A DNA stretch of 63,740 nucleotides, counting the filler, from Stramenopiles sp. TOSAG23-6 (lineage: Eukaryota), in assembly GCA_900128565.1 (NCBI GenBank). It is 19 parts of 19 records of this genome, joined end to end, with 100 filler letters (N's around TTAATTAATTAA, not from the genome) between each part and the next. Parts side by side here need not be neighbours in the genome. Positions count along the whole stretch, not along the records: positions 50,456 to 53,705 come from LT637593.1; positions 53,806 to 57,054 come from LT637594.1; positions 57,155 to 60,397 come from LT637595.1; positions 60,498 to 63,740 come from LT637596.1; 15 more parts are not named here. One strand, 5' to 3'. Position numbers and translations under genes: made by a program. The notes beneath the pieces are model-generated. The model ran no database searches. It was not told the DNA's origin and saw only the letters and a program-made list of their open reading frames with translations. This document shows, one piece after another, positions 50,508 through 62,741 of the stretch. Each line of letters begins with the position of its first letter. Positions within the stretch are counted from its first letter, which is position 1.

Positions 50508-52642
50508 ATCAAGGAGGTCTCAATGTTATCAAATGCTTCCTTCGCTTCTGCACCTGTGATTTCAACACCTACTCGTACAATCGCCCTCATGAAATCTTGT
50601 AAGTTAAATCGTAAACCCAATTTTTCTGTCTCAACAAATTCTCTTGTATTTCGTCCTTCGTCAATTAATTTCTCAAATTCATCATTTGTGATATCATCTA
50701 AAGGAATATTTGCTACTCTTTCCAAATCTTTTGCTTGTTCGATTTCCTCCTTTGCTTCCTCTAATGAATTTTTGATTTTCTGAAGTTTTGCAGGACCAAA
50801 ATTTTTCTTCTTTGCTACTTTATACCTTTTTTCCCACTTCTCCAAATTTTCTGAGGCAACTTTAAATGCAGCATTTGCGTCACTTCTTCTTGATTCATAA
50901 ATGTTTTCTCGTTGCAAAGTTATTGGATCTGGGACGTGAAAAAGGATATAATACTCAGCAAAAGTACACATATTACATAATACAGTTCGAAGATCATTCT
51001 CTTCAACCCAGTCATGATCCATATCAGTATTAACGAAACCTCTTAACAATCCAGATCGATGTATTTTGCAAAAATATTTCCAAAAAAACTAAAAATATTT
51101 GTTAGGTACAAAATTTACTATGAAAAAAAAAAATTAAAAAAAAAATTCGATTTTTTTGTAAAAAAAAAAATAAAACATACATGATTTAAAATTGACCAAG
51201 TTGACATTAAATGTTTCTCTATTTCTATATATTCGAGACTACCATTATCATCATTATCAATATGTTCCCATAAAGTTCGACGTTCTATTGGATTACTACA
51301 TAATTCTGCAACTTTTTTTTCCACATCTTCAAATTTTGCTAGAAATTTCCTATGTGTTGTAAAAAAATATTTTTTTTTTTCGTAAAAATATTTTTGTTAG
51401 GTATGAAATTTCGTATGAAAAAAAAAAAAAAGAAAAAAAAATGTGTACAACATACATGTCTCTCAGCCTCTTCTTCTGCTAATCGATTTGCTTCATCTCG
51501 AGCTTTTTTTATTGCTTCCTCTCTTAATCTCCGATCTTCCCTTCTCTTCATTTCTAATTCAATTTTCCGCTTTTTTTCCAATTCAATTTTAGCAATTTCT
51601 TCTGCTGTAGGTGGCGGCTTAATATGCATGTATTTTGGAAAAATATTTTGAAAAAAAAATCTAAAAGTTTTTGTTAGGTACAAAATTTCGTACGAAAAAA
51701 AAATCGATTTTTTTGCCATAAATTGTTCTGCTGTAAAATTGTTATATTTGTGTGCATATATTGTAAACTAATATTTCTTTTTCTTGTAATATTTTTGTTA
51801 GGTACAAAATTGACTACAAAAAAGCAATTAAAATAAAAATGAAAATGTACATAATCGAAGGTCTTCATTTGTTTGTTGTTTATTATTTGTCTCCTTCTAT
51901 TAGAGCTTGCTATTGTACTCAAATAATTATTTGTAACAAGATCGTCGGATTTCGTGACTTTAGCTCTAGCCTCTTGTTCATCTTTTTGCATTGCAACGAG
52001 TGCTGTTTCGTATGTATTTTTGGAAAATATTTAAAAAAAATATATCGTTAGGTACAAAATTTTCAATGAAAAAACATTTAAAATTAATTATGGTTAGGGT
52101 TACGTACATTCTATTTTTGCTTCACTATAACTAGGAGGAAATTCATCCCATACCCATACCAAGCCTGTCATCACTGCGTTATCACAATAATGAGGTGTTG
52201 ATATAACTATATGAGAAACCGCTACTTCTTCTGATGATGTCAAGAGTAAATCATAATTTAAACCTTTTCTTTTCCATGGTTTTTTTGTAATTGAGTTTAC
52301 CAAATGTTTTTTCTTGTAATCCCACGGGTGGTTCTCACCTTTTTTCTCTCGCTCTCGAGCCTTCTCATCGGAGACTCTGTCGTATATACCAAAGTGATAC
52401 TTAACTAGTGGTAACTTTTCCGGTAGAGGTGGGAATGGCTTTCTAAGCACAGCTTCGAAATTTGGTTTACTGCAGTGTATAAGCGCATCCGTTTTCCATG
52501 GACCATCATTTACATTTAATACGTTACAGATATCAAATCCGACTCCTTCACAACTACCAGTGTACATAGATACCTTAAAGTACTTGTTAAGTACACACAA
52601 TTGTGTCTCTGGAGCACCGGCTCTTACTGAGAGATGAGCCAT
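50508..52642 (-). CDS. Multi-exon protein with EF-hand (flagellar Ca-binding-like) region; introns 52012-52107, 51756-51850, ~51628-51713, 51352-51455, 51059-51180
   Basis: DNDDNGSLEYIEI, LNH|RSGLLRGF, DHDWVEENDL; complete elements join exons in frame. Confidence 0.65.
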
Positions 52643-53053
52643 TGCCTGAAGAGTATTGCGGAGAAATCAAAATGTGCAGGCCTATTTTGAGAACTCTCTT
52701 TCGTCGTTTCACGAAACGTTTCATATACGTTAATTTTTTTTTTTTAACGGATGTTTCATAGTTTTTTAAAAAAATTAAAATTTTAATTTTTTCTTGTGGA
52801 AGAAAAAACGACATCATAATTATATGGTTCATTCTATTTGAATATTCTATACGTATATATTAGTATGTATAAGTATGCTTGTTTTTGTTACGATACAAGT
52901 TATTCTAAATCATATACCAGTTTGCTGAAATAATTGATCAAAATTGAAAAAGTAAATAATCAGTAATTTATTTTAAAATTTAAGTTTTGCTTGAGAAAAA
53001 ATTTAAATTTTATTTTGGTAAAAAAAAGACGTAAAAAACACGAAAAAACAGAT

Positions 53054-53651
53054 TTATGGTTTTACCCTTTGTTTTGCATTTTTAATATAACGAGCGATAT
53101 TTTTACATTGTTTTTTATGCTTTGGCCAATCCTTTTTTTGGCATTCTGTACTACAATATAAGACTGATTTGCATTTCGAGCATTTATACATTTCTTTTTG
53201 TAAAATCCCACAAAAGTCACAAGGCATTTTTTTTGATTTCGTGTTTTTTGTTTTTTTTGTTTTTTTCGTGTTTTTTGTTTTTTGTTTTTTTGTAGTTTGG
53301 ACACTATTGATCTTATTTGAAGATTTTGAAGGTTTTAGACTAGGTTGATCTCCCTTGCGTCCTGAAGAGATAAGCCAAGAAACAGTTGGATAATTTATGC
53401 TCATTGGTGATAGGGTTGGCAAAAGACCAGCAAGACGTTGAACGAATGGAATTGCCCCTGTAGTATATATTTTGAAAAAATATTTCAAAAAAATCTAAAA
53501 AAATTTGTTAGGTACAAAATTTCCTATAAAAAAAAATCGATTTTTTTGTTAAAAAAAAAAAAGTAAAACATACATCTACCCATACTTGAAGCATACGTTC
53601 AAAATAGACAAATGCTGATTGTTCTTCCCATATCTCTCCCATAACTTGATT
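53054..53651 (-). CDS. MYND zinc-finger protein (5' partial); intron 53465-53573
   Basis: CDFCG..CSKCKSVLYCSTECQKKDWPKHKKQC. Confidence 0.88.
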
Positions 53652-54086
53652 ATGTATTTTGGAAAAATATTTCAAAAAAAATCTTAAAAAATTTGTTAGG
53701 TACAANNNNNNNNNNNNNNNNNNNNNNNNNNNNNNNNNNNNNNNNNNNNTTAATTAATTAANNNNNNNNNNNNNNNNNNNNNNNNNNNNNNNNNNNNNNN
53801 NNNNNACAAATATAAATCAAGTGATTGATGCAGTCCAATTTATCAATCATGTACTTGAAAATTGGAATTCAATGCCAAAAAACAAAAGTAGTAATAAAAC
53901 ATGTATTGCAGTTATAGATAAAAAGAATCTGGCGGAGCAAATGGAACTGCTCTCAGAGTCTTGTGCAAAATTATAGATGCGGAACGGAACTGCTCTCAGA
54001 GTCTTGTGCAAAATTATAGATGGGAAATTTCAGGAAATTTCATTATTTTGAGTCATTGTTTTTTTCAATTTATAAACCAGTTATTA

Positions 54087-54155
54087 TCATGAAACAACTT
54101 TTTTTAGTGTGATTAAAAAACAAAGAGTTGAACCAGGTGGAATATATCCAGGCTG
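54087..54155 (-). CDS. FKBP-type PPIase terminal exon
   Basis: GYIPPGSTLCFLITLKKV* matches the FKBP IPPxxTLxFxxxL C-terminus. Confidence 0.6.
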   Translation of the reverse strand, partial: QPGYIPPGSTLCFLITLKKVVS

Positions 54156-54250
54156 ATGTATTTTGGAAAAATACTTCAAAAAAATATTCGTTAGGTACAA
54201 AATTTCGTACGAAAAATAAATTCGAAATTGGAAAAAAAAATAAAACATAC

Positions 54251-55233
54251 ATCTTTTGGCATATCAGGATGTCTCGCACCATGATCCATTACAAGACCTT
54301 GTACTAGTCGACTATCAAGAGCTTGTTTGTGTACCATGTGCATTCGCTCAATCATGTGCAAATCAATAGGTTCTCCAGGTTTTGTGATGCATAGCACGGC
54401 ATCAGTACAAATTTCTGTCAAATGTGCTGCGAGGTCCGGAGTTAATTTCGTCTTGAGAGATGTCGCTGCCACGTTAATGAGTAATTCCCGATTTTTCAAC
54501 ATGTTTTCTTCTTTTACTTTAAACTTTTCCAAAAATGTGCAAGTTGCTTCCTTTGCAAGCTCAAAGCCGTCGGAGATGATTCGAGGATGAACACCTTCTG
54601 ATATAAATCTCTCAGCTCGCTGCATCAGCTCACCAATGAGTAAAACACATGATGTTGTTCCATCGCCCGTTGAATCGTCTTGCGCAGTCGCTGTACGTGC
54701 AATCATGCACGCAGTTGGGTGCTGTATCTGCATCTCGTGGAGAAGAACGCGACCGTCTTTCGTGATCTTTACCTGTCCTGCACCTCCAACAAGCATCTAT
54801 AATAGGGTATATATAAGCACATTGAATATATAGATAAGTATTTAACACCAATAGATTTCATATAGATATATGTGTGTGTAAAAGGTTAATTGTGTCTTGT
54901 GTCTCTAACAAACACAAAAATAGAATATTTGAAGTGGTAAAAATAATGATGACTTACCTTCAATGTGCCGCGAGGACCCAAGTTTGTTCTGAGAACGTCC
55001 TGTAATCCTCTCCCGGCTGTAACATTAACCATGAGAGCATCGCGTTTTCTCATCGATCTGTGTAATTGAGATAGGAATAAAGTAATAATGGTGAGTAAAT
55101 TTATATACGTGGGTTTAGAAAATAGAAAGAACAAAAGTAGTGCAAGAACAAAGCGTTTTCTACGAAAAACATAGATTAAGTTTTCTTTTATCACTTACTG
55201 TGCATTGGGATTAAGTTGCTGAATCGACGCCAT
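54251..55233 (-). CDS. CCT6: T-complex protein 1 zeta (3' truncated); canonical GT-AG introns 55058-55198 and 54797-54957
   Basis: [34 protein letters not shown]. Confidence 0.95.
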
Positions 55234-55573
55234 GACTAAATTGTTAAAACTCTATATATAATGCGCTAGTCTATTAATTGTGGTATTAGTGTCGCTTTAC
55301 AAGTTGTAAGTAATGCGCTGAAGTAAGAATTCTTCAGACCAGACAGACAGCAGGACTCTTCAAAATGATGCGCAAGACAATCGGCCACTCTCGTGAATGG
55401 CCAACAGGAGTTGAACACCTTAAAAACTTGGAAAACAGGTTTATTCCACGATTTGAGATTTTTCTTCACGCGCGAAATATCAGTTACATACAGTAGAGAC
55501 GTATCTTATCTTTCTTTTTTTTGGTTTTACTATTTTTTGATAGTTAGATTTCTATATTTCACAGCAATATAGT

Positions 55574-56967
55574 ATGAATTCTAACCTTTCTAAAGAAGCG
55601 AACGAAAGGAGGGCGAAACTTGGATTTGGTTCATTGGACGCACTTCCTGATGTATCGCCCCCGAATATTCTTGGACCTGAACCCAATGCGCTTGATGCAG
55701 AAGGACAGTGGTACTGGGTTGCAGATAAAGTTGCTGGCTACGTCGAGGCGTGTCTCCCAGATAACCAAGAAGTAGACCCAGATAAAAGTGAGACAACAGT
55801 ATTAGTCAAAGGGAAGAAAAAAATAGTTGTAGCAACGGGAAAGTTAATAACTCCAGTGACAAAACATAGCCTCACACTCAGAGAGGACTTGGTCTACTTG
55901 GATAATTCTTCACTAGGTACAATGTTGTATAACATTCGTAGTCAATTTCAGAATGGAAATTTTTATACTCGTATTGGAAGATCTACAACAGTATATGTTC
56001 ATGCTAGAAATGGTTCCTTCAATTATAACAGAGTCGCCCGTAAAAAGTATTTTCTTCATCCGTTTACACACGAAATACTACCAGGACATATATTTAATAC
56101 AGCTACGAAAGCATATGAGAGAGCCATCGAGAGTAATCGCGGATATATTTTACAATCAGGATTTTCTGGTATTCGAGATATCAAATATAAGCCAACATCC
56201 ATAGTAGTGTGTGGACCAAAATCATCAGGTGCATGTGAGCAATCCTTAAGAGCACTTCAATTTATATGTGAAATATCAGGAGGAGGAGACAAGGCTGATA
56301 ATCTTCTATCAGCCGTTTCTGTTCTGGACTCGTTGTGCGCTGGAATCAATGAAAATAATGATAATGAATATAGTGCAGCTCTTTCGTATAAAATAAGCTT
56401 AGACTCGTCCGGTAAAGTTTGTGGAGGGGAGATTGATTATTTCGGACTCGAGAGAGAAATTGTCAGCAATTGTTCTTCAAATCGACGAAATTTCAATATA
56501 TTTTACCAAGTTTTGGAAAATTGTCCTTGTGCAGTAAAAAGAAAGTTGAAATTAGCTTCACCGCATGCATTTCGTATACTTCGTAAGTCAAAATATAAAA
56601 CCAGCAAAGAAAGAAATGATAAAACTGACTTTCAGGTTGGATTTCTTAAATGTCTTTTGTCAGTTGTAAAACTTGATGTTGATGCCATGACTTCCATTTA
56701 TACAGTAGTTGCAGCTATCTTACATTTGACTAATATAGAGTTTTATATAGATGAAAAAAGCAATGTTCAATGCAGTGAAGAATTACTAAACACGACAGCA
56801 TCCATTTTTGAAACTTCTCCAGATGAGTTCAAGACCATATTAATTGGAAATTACAAAACAAAAAATGATGTAGAAAAATATCGAGATATTCTCGCAAATC
56901 ATTTGTACTGCCGCATGGTTAATAAAATTGTTACATTGACTAATGCTGCGATAAAAGCTCCAAGCAG
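55574..56967 (+). CDS. Divergent myosin head protein (3' partial)
   Basis: EDLVYLD..LYNIRSQF..FYTRIG, PGHIF, RRNFNIFYQV, VAAILHLTNIEF, RDILANHLY. Confidence 0.85.
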
Positions 56968-57792
56968 GTATGTTTTATTTTTTTAATTTCGAATTTATGT
57001 TTTTTTCGTACGAAATTTTGTACCTAACGATTTTTTTTTGAAATATTTTTCCAANNNNNNNNNNNNNNNNNNNNNNNNNNNNNNNNNNNNNNNNNNNNTT
57101 AATTAATTAANNNNNNNNNNNNNNNNNNNNNNNNNNNNNNNNNNNNNNNNNNNNTCATACGAAATTTTATACCTAACGATTTTTTTTTTGAAATATTTTT
57201 TCCCAAAGAATATTTATTCAAGTATACTTGTGGATATTTCACGATTCGTCGGGAATGACATCGGTTGGGACAGTGGCATTTTATGAAAACTTGATTTGAA
57301 ACATTATTTGATCGGACAATGATGACATTGATGTTGAAGTCATCTTCAAAATGTTTCTTTTTGAAATGATATTTTTACAACACTATACTTGTATTTATGT
57401 GTACCCGTTTATATTCCGTACCATTTTTTTGTACTTATTTTTTTTAGGTATGAAAAAATGGTACGGAATCCAAAGATACGTCGAACACTGTGTATACTTA
57501 GTATTACGCGCGACTAGGCGTTTGTCTGTAAATTGCAGGTTGATTTTGTTTCCAGAAGAGAATGAACGAATGAATGCAATGAATGTTGTGCATTTTTGTT
57601 TAAGTAGAAAAAAATGGTAGGAGTTCGTGAACCTACTCAAAAAAAACACTCAAAAATAAAGGAGAGCAAAGAAGAATGAATAATTATTGTAATGTTACCG
57701 AGTCGATTTTTATTATTCTACATTCTATAAAAGTGCAAATATCCAGTGATATATTATAACAACATATGTCACACATAGTACAACATTGTAGG

Positions 57793-58149
57793 TTAACTAA
57801 GAATACAACAAACTGGATAACGTTTTTTTTTTTCTGTCGGTGCCACGTCAACTTTCTTCTGTTCTGCTAAAGACTGATTCGTGTCAGTAGGATTCAATTT
57901 ATATTTTACAGTACGGGTGGTCGTAATAACAGTTTCTGCTGGCGAAACAGTATGGCCTTCAACACCGACGACAATCTCTGCCATTTCTTGTTCGGCAGGA
58001 GAAACATGTATTTTGTCAACCGCTGTCTCCTGCTTTACCTCCGCCTCTTCAATTCTCAAAACTCTCGTTTCCGCTTGGAGCTCTTTCGTTTCAGAAATTA
58101 ACTTTTGCAAATCTTCTTGCATTGTTTTAACATCAGCACTAGTACTCAT
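57793..58149 (-). CDS. Small hydrophilic protein ending in CCILS (CaaX)
   Basis: 118-aa ORF. Confidence 0.7.
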   Translation of the reverse strand: MSTSADVKTMQEDLQKLISETKELQAETRVLRIEEAEVKQETAVDKIHVSPAEQEMAEIVVGVEGHTVSPAETVITTTRTVKYKLNPTDTNQSLAEQKKVDVAPTEKKKRYPVCCILS

Positions 58150-58611
58150 TTATAAANTGGTGTGTGAATAATTAAATTGATTCAAACAGTTTTAATAGAA
58201 GTGTAGTGGCGTAAATTGTCAATGATATTTGATAAGAAATATTACTATGCGACTCTCTACGTAGTACTACGTATCGAGAAACGTAACGGTTCGATTTGAG
58301 AAATTTTGATTTTCGAAACGGCGCGGCGTTTTTTCTTTTTTTTATTTCCTAGCACACTTGTCTTTTACTGATCCTTTGCTTGCGACAACTGTCTCAGATA
58401 ATAGAAATCCAAATTTTACTATTTTACTATGTGTTAATTTTCTTTTATTGCTGTATAAAATTACACAGAATTTCAATTAATAAATATTTCAAGAAACATT
58501 TTGGTCATAAATTTCGTGTTTTTTTTTATATATATGTACAGCCTTATATTGATTGTAAGTTACCTATACTTAGTATACACCTATAGGGTACCTATAAATA
58601 TAATGATATAG

Positions 58612-59304
58612 TTAAAAAATCACACAACATGGCTTTGCTGCATCCTTCTGCGATTTTTCTTCTTTGTCTCTTTTCTCTCGCCGAGATCCTTTCTTATCAT
58701 GGATTTCTTTTGGTTCTTTTTGTACCACTTCACTAGCTTCAAGAGTTTGATTTGACTTCTTTACTACTGGTAATACTTTTAGGTTAGACTTTGGTGGATC
58801 ATCTGGTTTGACTGAATCAGCTGTACTATCCGCGTTACTTTTATCCGATGCAACATCCGTCGCTTTACTCTCTTTCTTTTCAGCTTTTTGATTTTTCTCA
58901 TTTTCATTTTTTTCGTTTTTTTCATTTTTTTCATTTTTTTCATTTTTTTCATTTTTCAAAGTTTCGGTCGGTTCCGCGAGGACTTCAAATTCATTTTCGG
59001 ACGCTTCTTCAGTCGTCTTGGTCTCCTCTTTTGCTTCCTCCTTTTTGCTCTTTTTGTTCCTGCTGAACTTCTTTTTTATTACCTTTGTCCAACCCTGTAT
59101 TTTTGACTCTTTTTTTTTTGGTTTCTTCTTTTTGATATGAACCATCTGTTTTTGGTGCTCTTTTTGGTTGTTCACTGGAGCGCTAACTTTATGCGTTCCA
59201 TTATGTTTTTCGTGTTTTTCCACAGGCATATTCTCTAAAACAGCATCTTTGAAGGATACGTCCTCTTGAACAACGTCATGGTGCACCATCATAGCAGATG
59301 ACAT
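58612..59304 (-). CDS. Charged low-complexity protein ending in CCVIF (CaaX)
   Basis: 230-aa ORF. Confidence 0.7.
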   Translation of the reverse strand: MSSAMMVHHDVVQEDVSFKDAVLENMPVEKHEKHNGTHKVSAPVNNQKEHQKQMVHIKKKKPKKKESKIQGWTKVIKKKFSRNKKSKKEEAKEETKTTEEASENEFEVLAEPTETLKNEKNEKNEKNEKNEKNENEKNQKAEKKESKATDVASDKSNADSTADSVKPDDPPKSNLKVLPVVKKSNQTLEASEVVQKEPKEIHDKKGSRREKRDKEEKSQKDAAKPCCVIF

Positions 59305-59565
59305 TTAGCAGATAGGGTAAGAAGATAAATATATGATTGAACTGTAGTGTAGTGTAGGACTGAAGATTTAGATTGCAAAAAGATTCCGAAGATTAAATTG
59401 TAACGACGTAACGGATATTATTGAAAATTCGGAAACAGTCAGTCAGCTCTGCTCTCCGGCGGTCGAATCAAATCATAGTGCCTCCCTCCACAACAACAAC
59501 GATGACATTGAAACTGTTCATATTTCTCGTATAATTATGGTGGATATACGGTAATTAGCTGTATA

Positions 59566-60397
59566 ATGTCTCCAATATTTATCTCTATTTGTCTCTTTTG
59601 GATTATTTTCACGGTTTTACCGTATTTNNNNNNNNNNNNNNNNNNNNNNNNNNNNNNNNNNNNTTCGAATACAGTCTCCAGTAATTATTAAAGTGAAAAC
59701 ATGGTTTTTGTCTCTTTTGGAGTCATCTGGAGTTTTCAACCAAACTGCCTGGACAGTCTCTCCATTTTATATTTATTTTGAGACAACTTCTTTAAATGAT
59801 AAGTTGTATTCTTTTGCAGGCTTATTTGGAATTGGGCACTCTGAGAATTCGATTGAAGTTGGTTCGTCCCCTGAAAGTGTACCGTTAAAAGTAGTTAAAT
59901 CTGCATCTCGCAGGCGTTCCAGCACTAGTGATAATACACCATACCACTCGTATCGTCGTTTTTCAAGAACATGGTTTGATATGGGCGTGTATTGCACGCT
60001 TCTACTTTCTGTAACAACTGTGCTGCAATAATGAATGGGCTTTCAATCATGTTACGTCGAGATAATTCAGTTTCTAATAATATGCAACTTGACACTTTTA
60101 ATAATATTCAACTTGACTCACAACCTGGATTTTCTGATAACCAAATATTGCAACCTTTGATCCCTGGAGTAAATTTGCCTTGGTCAGATGTATTTCCTGT
60201 TGGATTTGCAATTTTCATCTCCGTTGTACTACATGAACTGGGCCATGCTTTTGCTGCTTTCGACGCTGGAATAAAACTAGACCAAGTTGGGTTCAGTGTA
60301 TTTCCCCCGTTCATCACATCGGCATTTGTTGAGTTTCCAACAAAAGCTCTAGATAAGCTCACAGTGTGGTCACGACTCCGCATATGGTGTGCAGGTA
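59566..60397 (+). CDS. MBTPS2: Site-2 protease (M50) homolog, partial, frameshift near 60000-60030
   Basis: LQPLIPGVNLP, SVVLHELGHAFAA, AFVEF, RLRIWCAG. Confidence 0.85.
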
Positions 60398-62315
60398 NNN
60401 NNNNNNNNNNNNNNNNNNNNNNNNNNNNNNNNNNNNNNNNNTTAATTAATTAANNNNNNNNNNNNNNNNNNNNNNNNNNNNNNNNNNNNNNNNNNNNCTT
60501 TGCTATTGTTTCTCTTGTTCTTAATTTTAACCATGGTTGAACAAAATGAAAGTTGTTTTTATAACTAGGTATGATGTACGTTAACCGATGTTTGCACTTC
60601 CCACTACTCTTTCACGCTTTTCTGCTTTCATACAGCGAACGTACCCTTTCCATTCGTTTGCCGATTGAACCAAAGCGCACGACGAAAGTAGAGTATTTTT
60701 TTTTTATGTCAATGGTAATACCTTGTATATTTAAAGAGTCCCATCATTGCATTGTTTTTTTAATTTATTATTTCTATACTTATTGTACAATTTACAATAC
60801 TATACTATACCTATCTATACATACATCCAACCTGTGCCTATGTATAAAAGAATGTTGTATTAGTAAAGAATGTTTCTTCTCTACTAATTCCATGTAATTT
60901 TAATTTTAATTTTAGATCGAATTTGATCCATTCTTCCTTTTTCTTTCTTTCTTTCTCTCCCTCTTGCTTAAAGCACATCGTTACAATACTAATATATGAT
61001 AGGAAGAGAGATATGGCAACGAATTTCATTTCTTAAATAATTAAGGTACATATAATATGAACAATATTAAATATTATTCAACACATTATATTATATTATA
61101 ATTATAATGAAGTAATGTATAAAAAAAAGATATTAAATATTTATATTTTATTTATTTATGTAATTCCTTCCTTATTTTAAATAGGTTGGAATCGATTTGG
61201 AAATATGGAATATAAAAATAAACAGGTACATAACATACAAATCATTCTTGTCCATTCACTGTTTGTTTTCATAATTACATGAAATAGTATATAATATATA
61301 CACAGTATGGAATTCAAAGAACTCTCTCCAAGATTGCATCCTTCCTTTGTATATTAAGGTTAGTAAGGGCATACATAGGGCTAAGTACAATTAATAAATA
61401 ATAGGTTAAATATAAATAAATAATTATTAGTTTTTGTATTATTAGTTTTATAGTTCTAACGTTAATTAAGTATAAAATAAACANAAAGAAAATGGAAGAA
61501 ATGGATTAAATTTAGAATGGGAGAAATGTATTTATTAATGGGATAGTACGTACACCCTTAATTATTGAAGAGATGAAATATTCCAGTTTAGATGATAGAA
61601 ATTCATCTGATACATTCAAATAGCAGGGAAAAATGAATGGTTGGAGACTCATTTTTTAATAAATAGTAATAAGATGAACACAGTACAGAAAATATAAAAT
61701 AATAGGAAGAAAGATAAATAACATCGAATTGTTCATATATAGCTATAGCTATACTATAGCTTTATCATCATCCTGTTAGCTCATCTCATCTTACATCTTA
61801 CAACTACGAAACAGTGAGATGAGTGTTTTAATTACAACAGAATAGCATACAACTTACATAAAGAGAGCATAGAATATATATTTAAATAGTACCACATATT
61901 GTATACTAAGTGAAGTATAAGTATAACAAAAGACCTGTAAGATTTGTTTAGAAGGGAGAGAGTGAGTGGTTTAAAGGGTGGGTGGTAGATTTTTCAATGG
62001 TGTGTGATGTTATTTGTTCATAATAAAAAAATTATTCTCTTTTTTTTTTTTTTTAGAAGACTAATCCATACTATTTAGGTGTATTTTTATATATTCTTCT
62101 TCCTGATTTCTTCTTTCTTTCTTTCTCGTTTCCTTTGTTCTGTTTGAACGAACGCGCATGCGTTTGCGTTCGGTTGCAACCGATGTCGATGAGAATGTAG
62201 AAATCGGCAGAAGAAACACGACACGCTCCTACGCACAAACGAATTAAGTAACCTAAAGTTGATCATATCAATTGTTTTTTGTATTCACGTTCATATTTTT
62301 AAATAGTTAAACACC

Positions 62316-62741
62316 ATGGGAAAAATCTTAAAAAAAGGAAAGGTCGTTATCTTGCTTTCTGGGCGCCACGCAGGAAAGAAGGCCATCATTGTCAAGACCT
62401 TTGAAGAAGGTACCAAGAAGCAAAAGTTCCCTTGCGCTCTTGTTGCCGGCATGAGAGAAGGTCCACGCAGAGTAACCCGATCCATGGGAAAGAAGAAGAC
62501 TGAAAAGAATGTCTCCAAGATCAAGCCGTTCATTAAATATGTTAACTTCACGCAAGTAATGCCAACACGCTACCAAGTCGACCTTGACCTTCAGTCAATC
62601 ATCAACCCATCGGAAATTGATAAAGAAACGATGAAGAGTTTGAAAGAGACGTTCAAGAACAGATACTTGAACCAGAACGAGGCCAAGAGTGACAAAGCGT
62701 ACAACGGTGCCAAATTCTTCTTCCAAAGGTTGCGATTCTAA
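62316..62741 (+). CDS. RPL27: 60S ribosomal protein L27
   Basis: GKVVILLSGRHAGKKAIIVK..IKPFIKYVN..MPTRY..FFQRLRF. Confidence 0.97.
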   Translation: MGKILKKGKVVILLSGRHAGKKAIIVKTFEEGTKKQKFPCALVAGMREGPRRVTRSMGKKKTEKNVSKIKPFIKYVNFTQVMPTRYQVDLDLQSIINPSEIDKETMKSLKETFKNRYLNQNEAKSDKAYNGAKFFFQRLRF

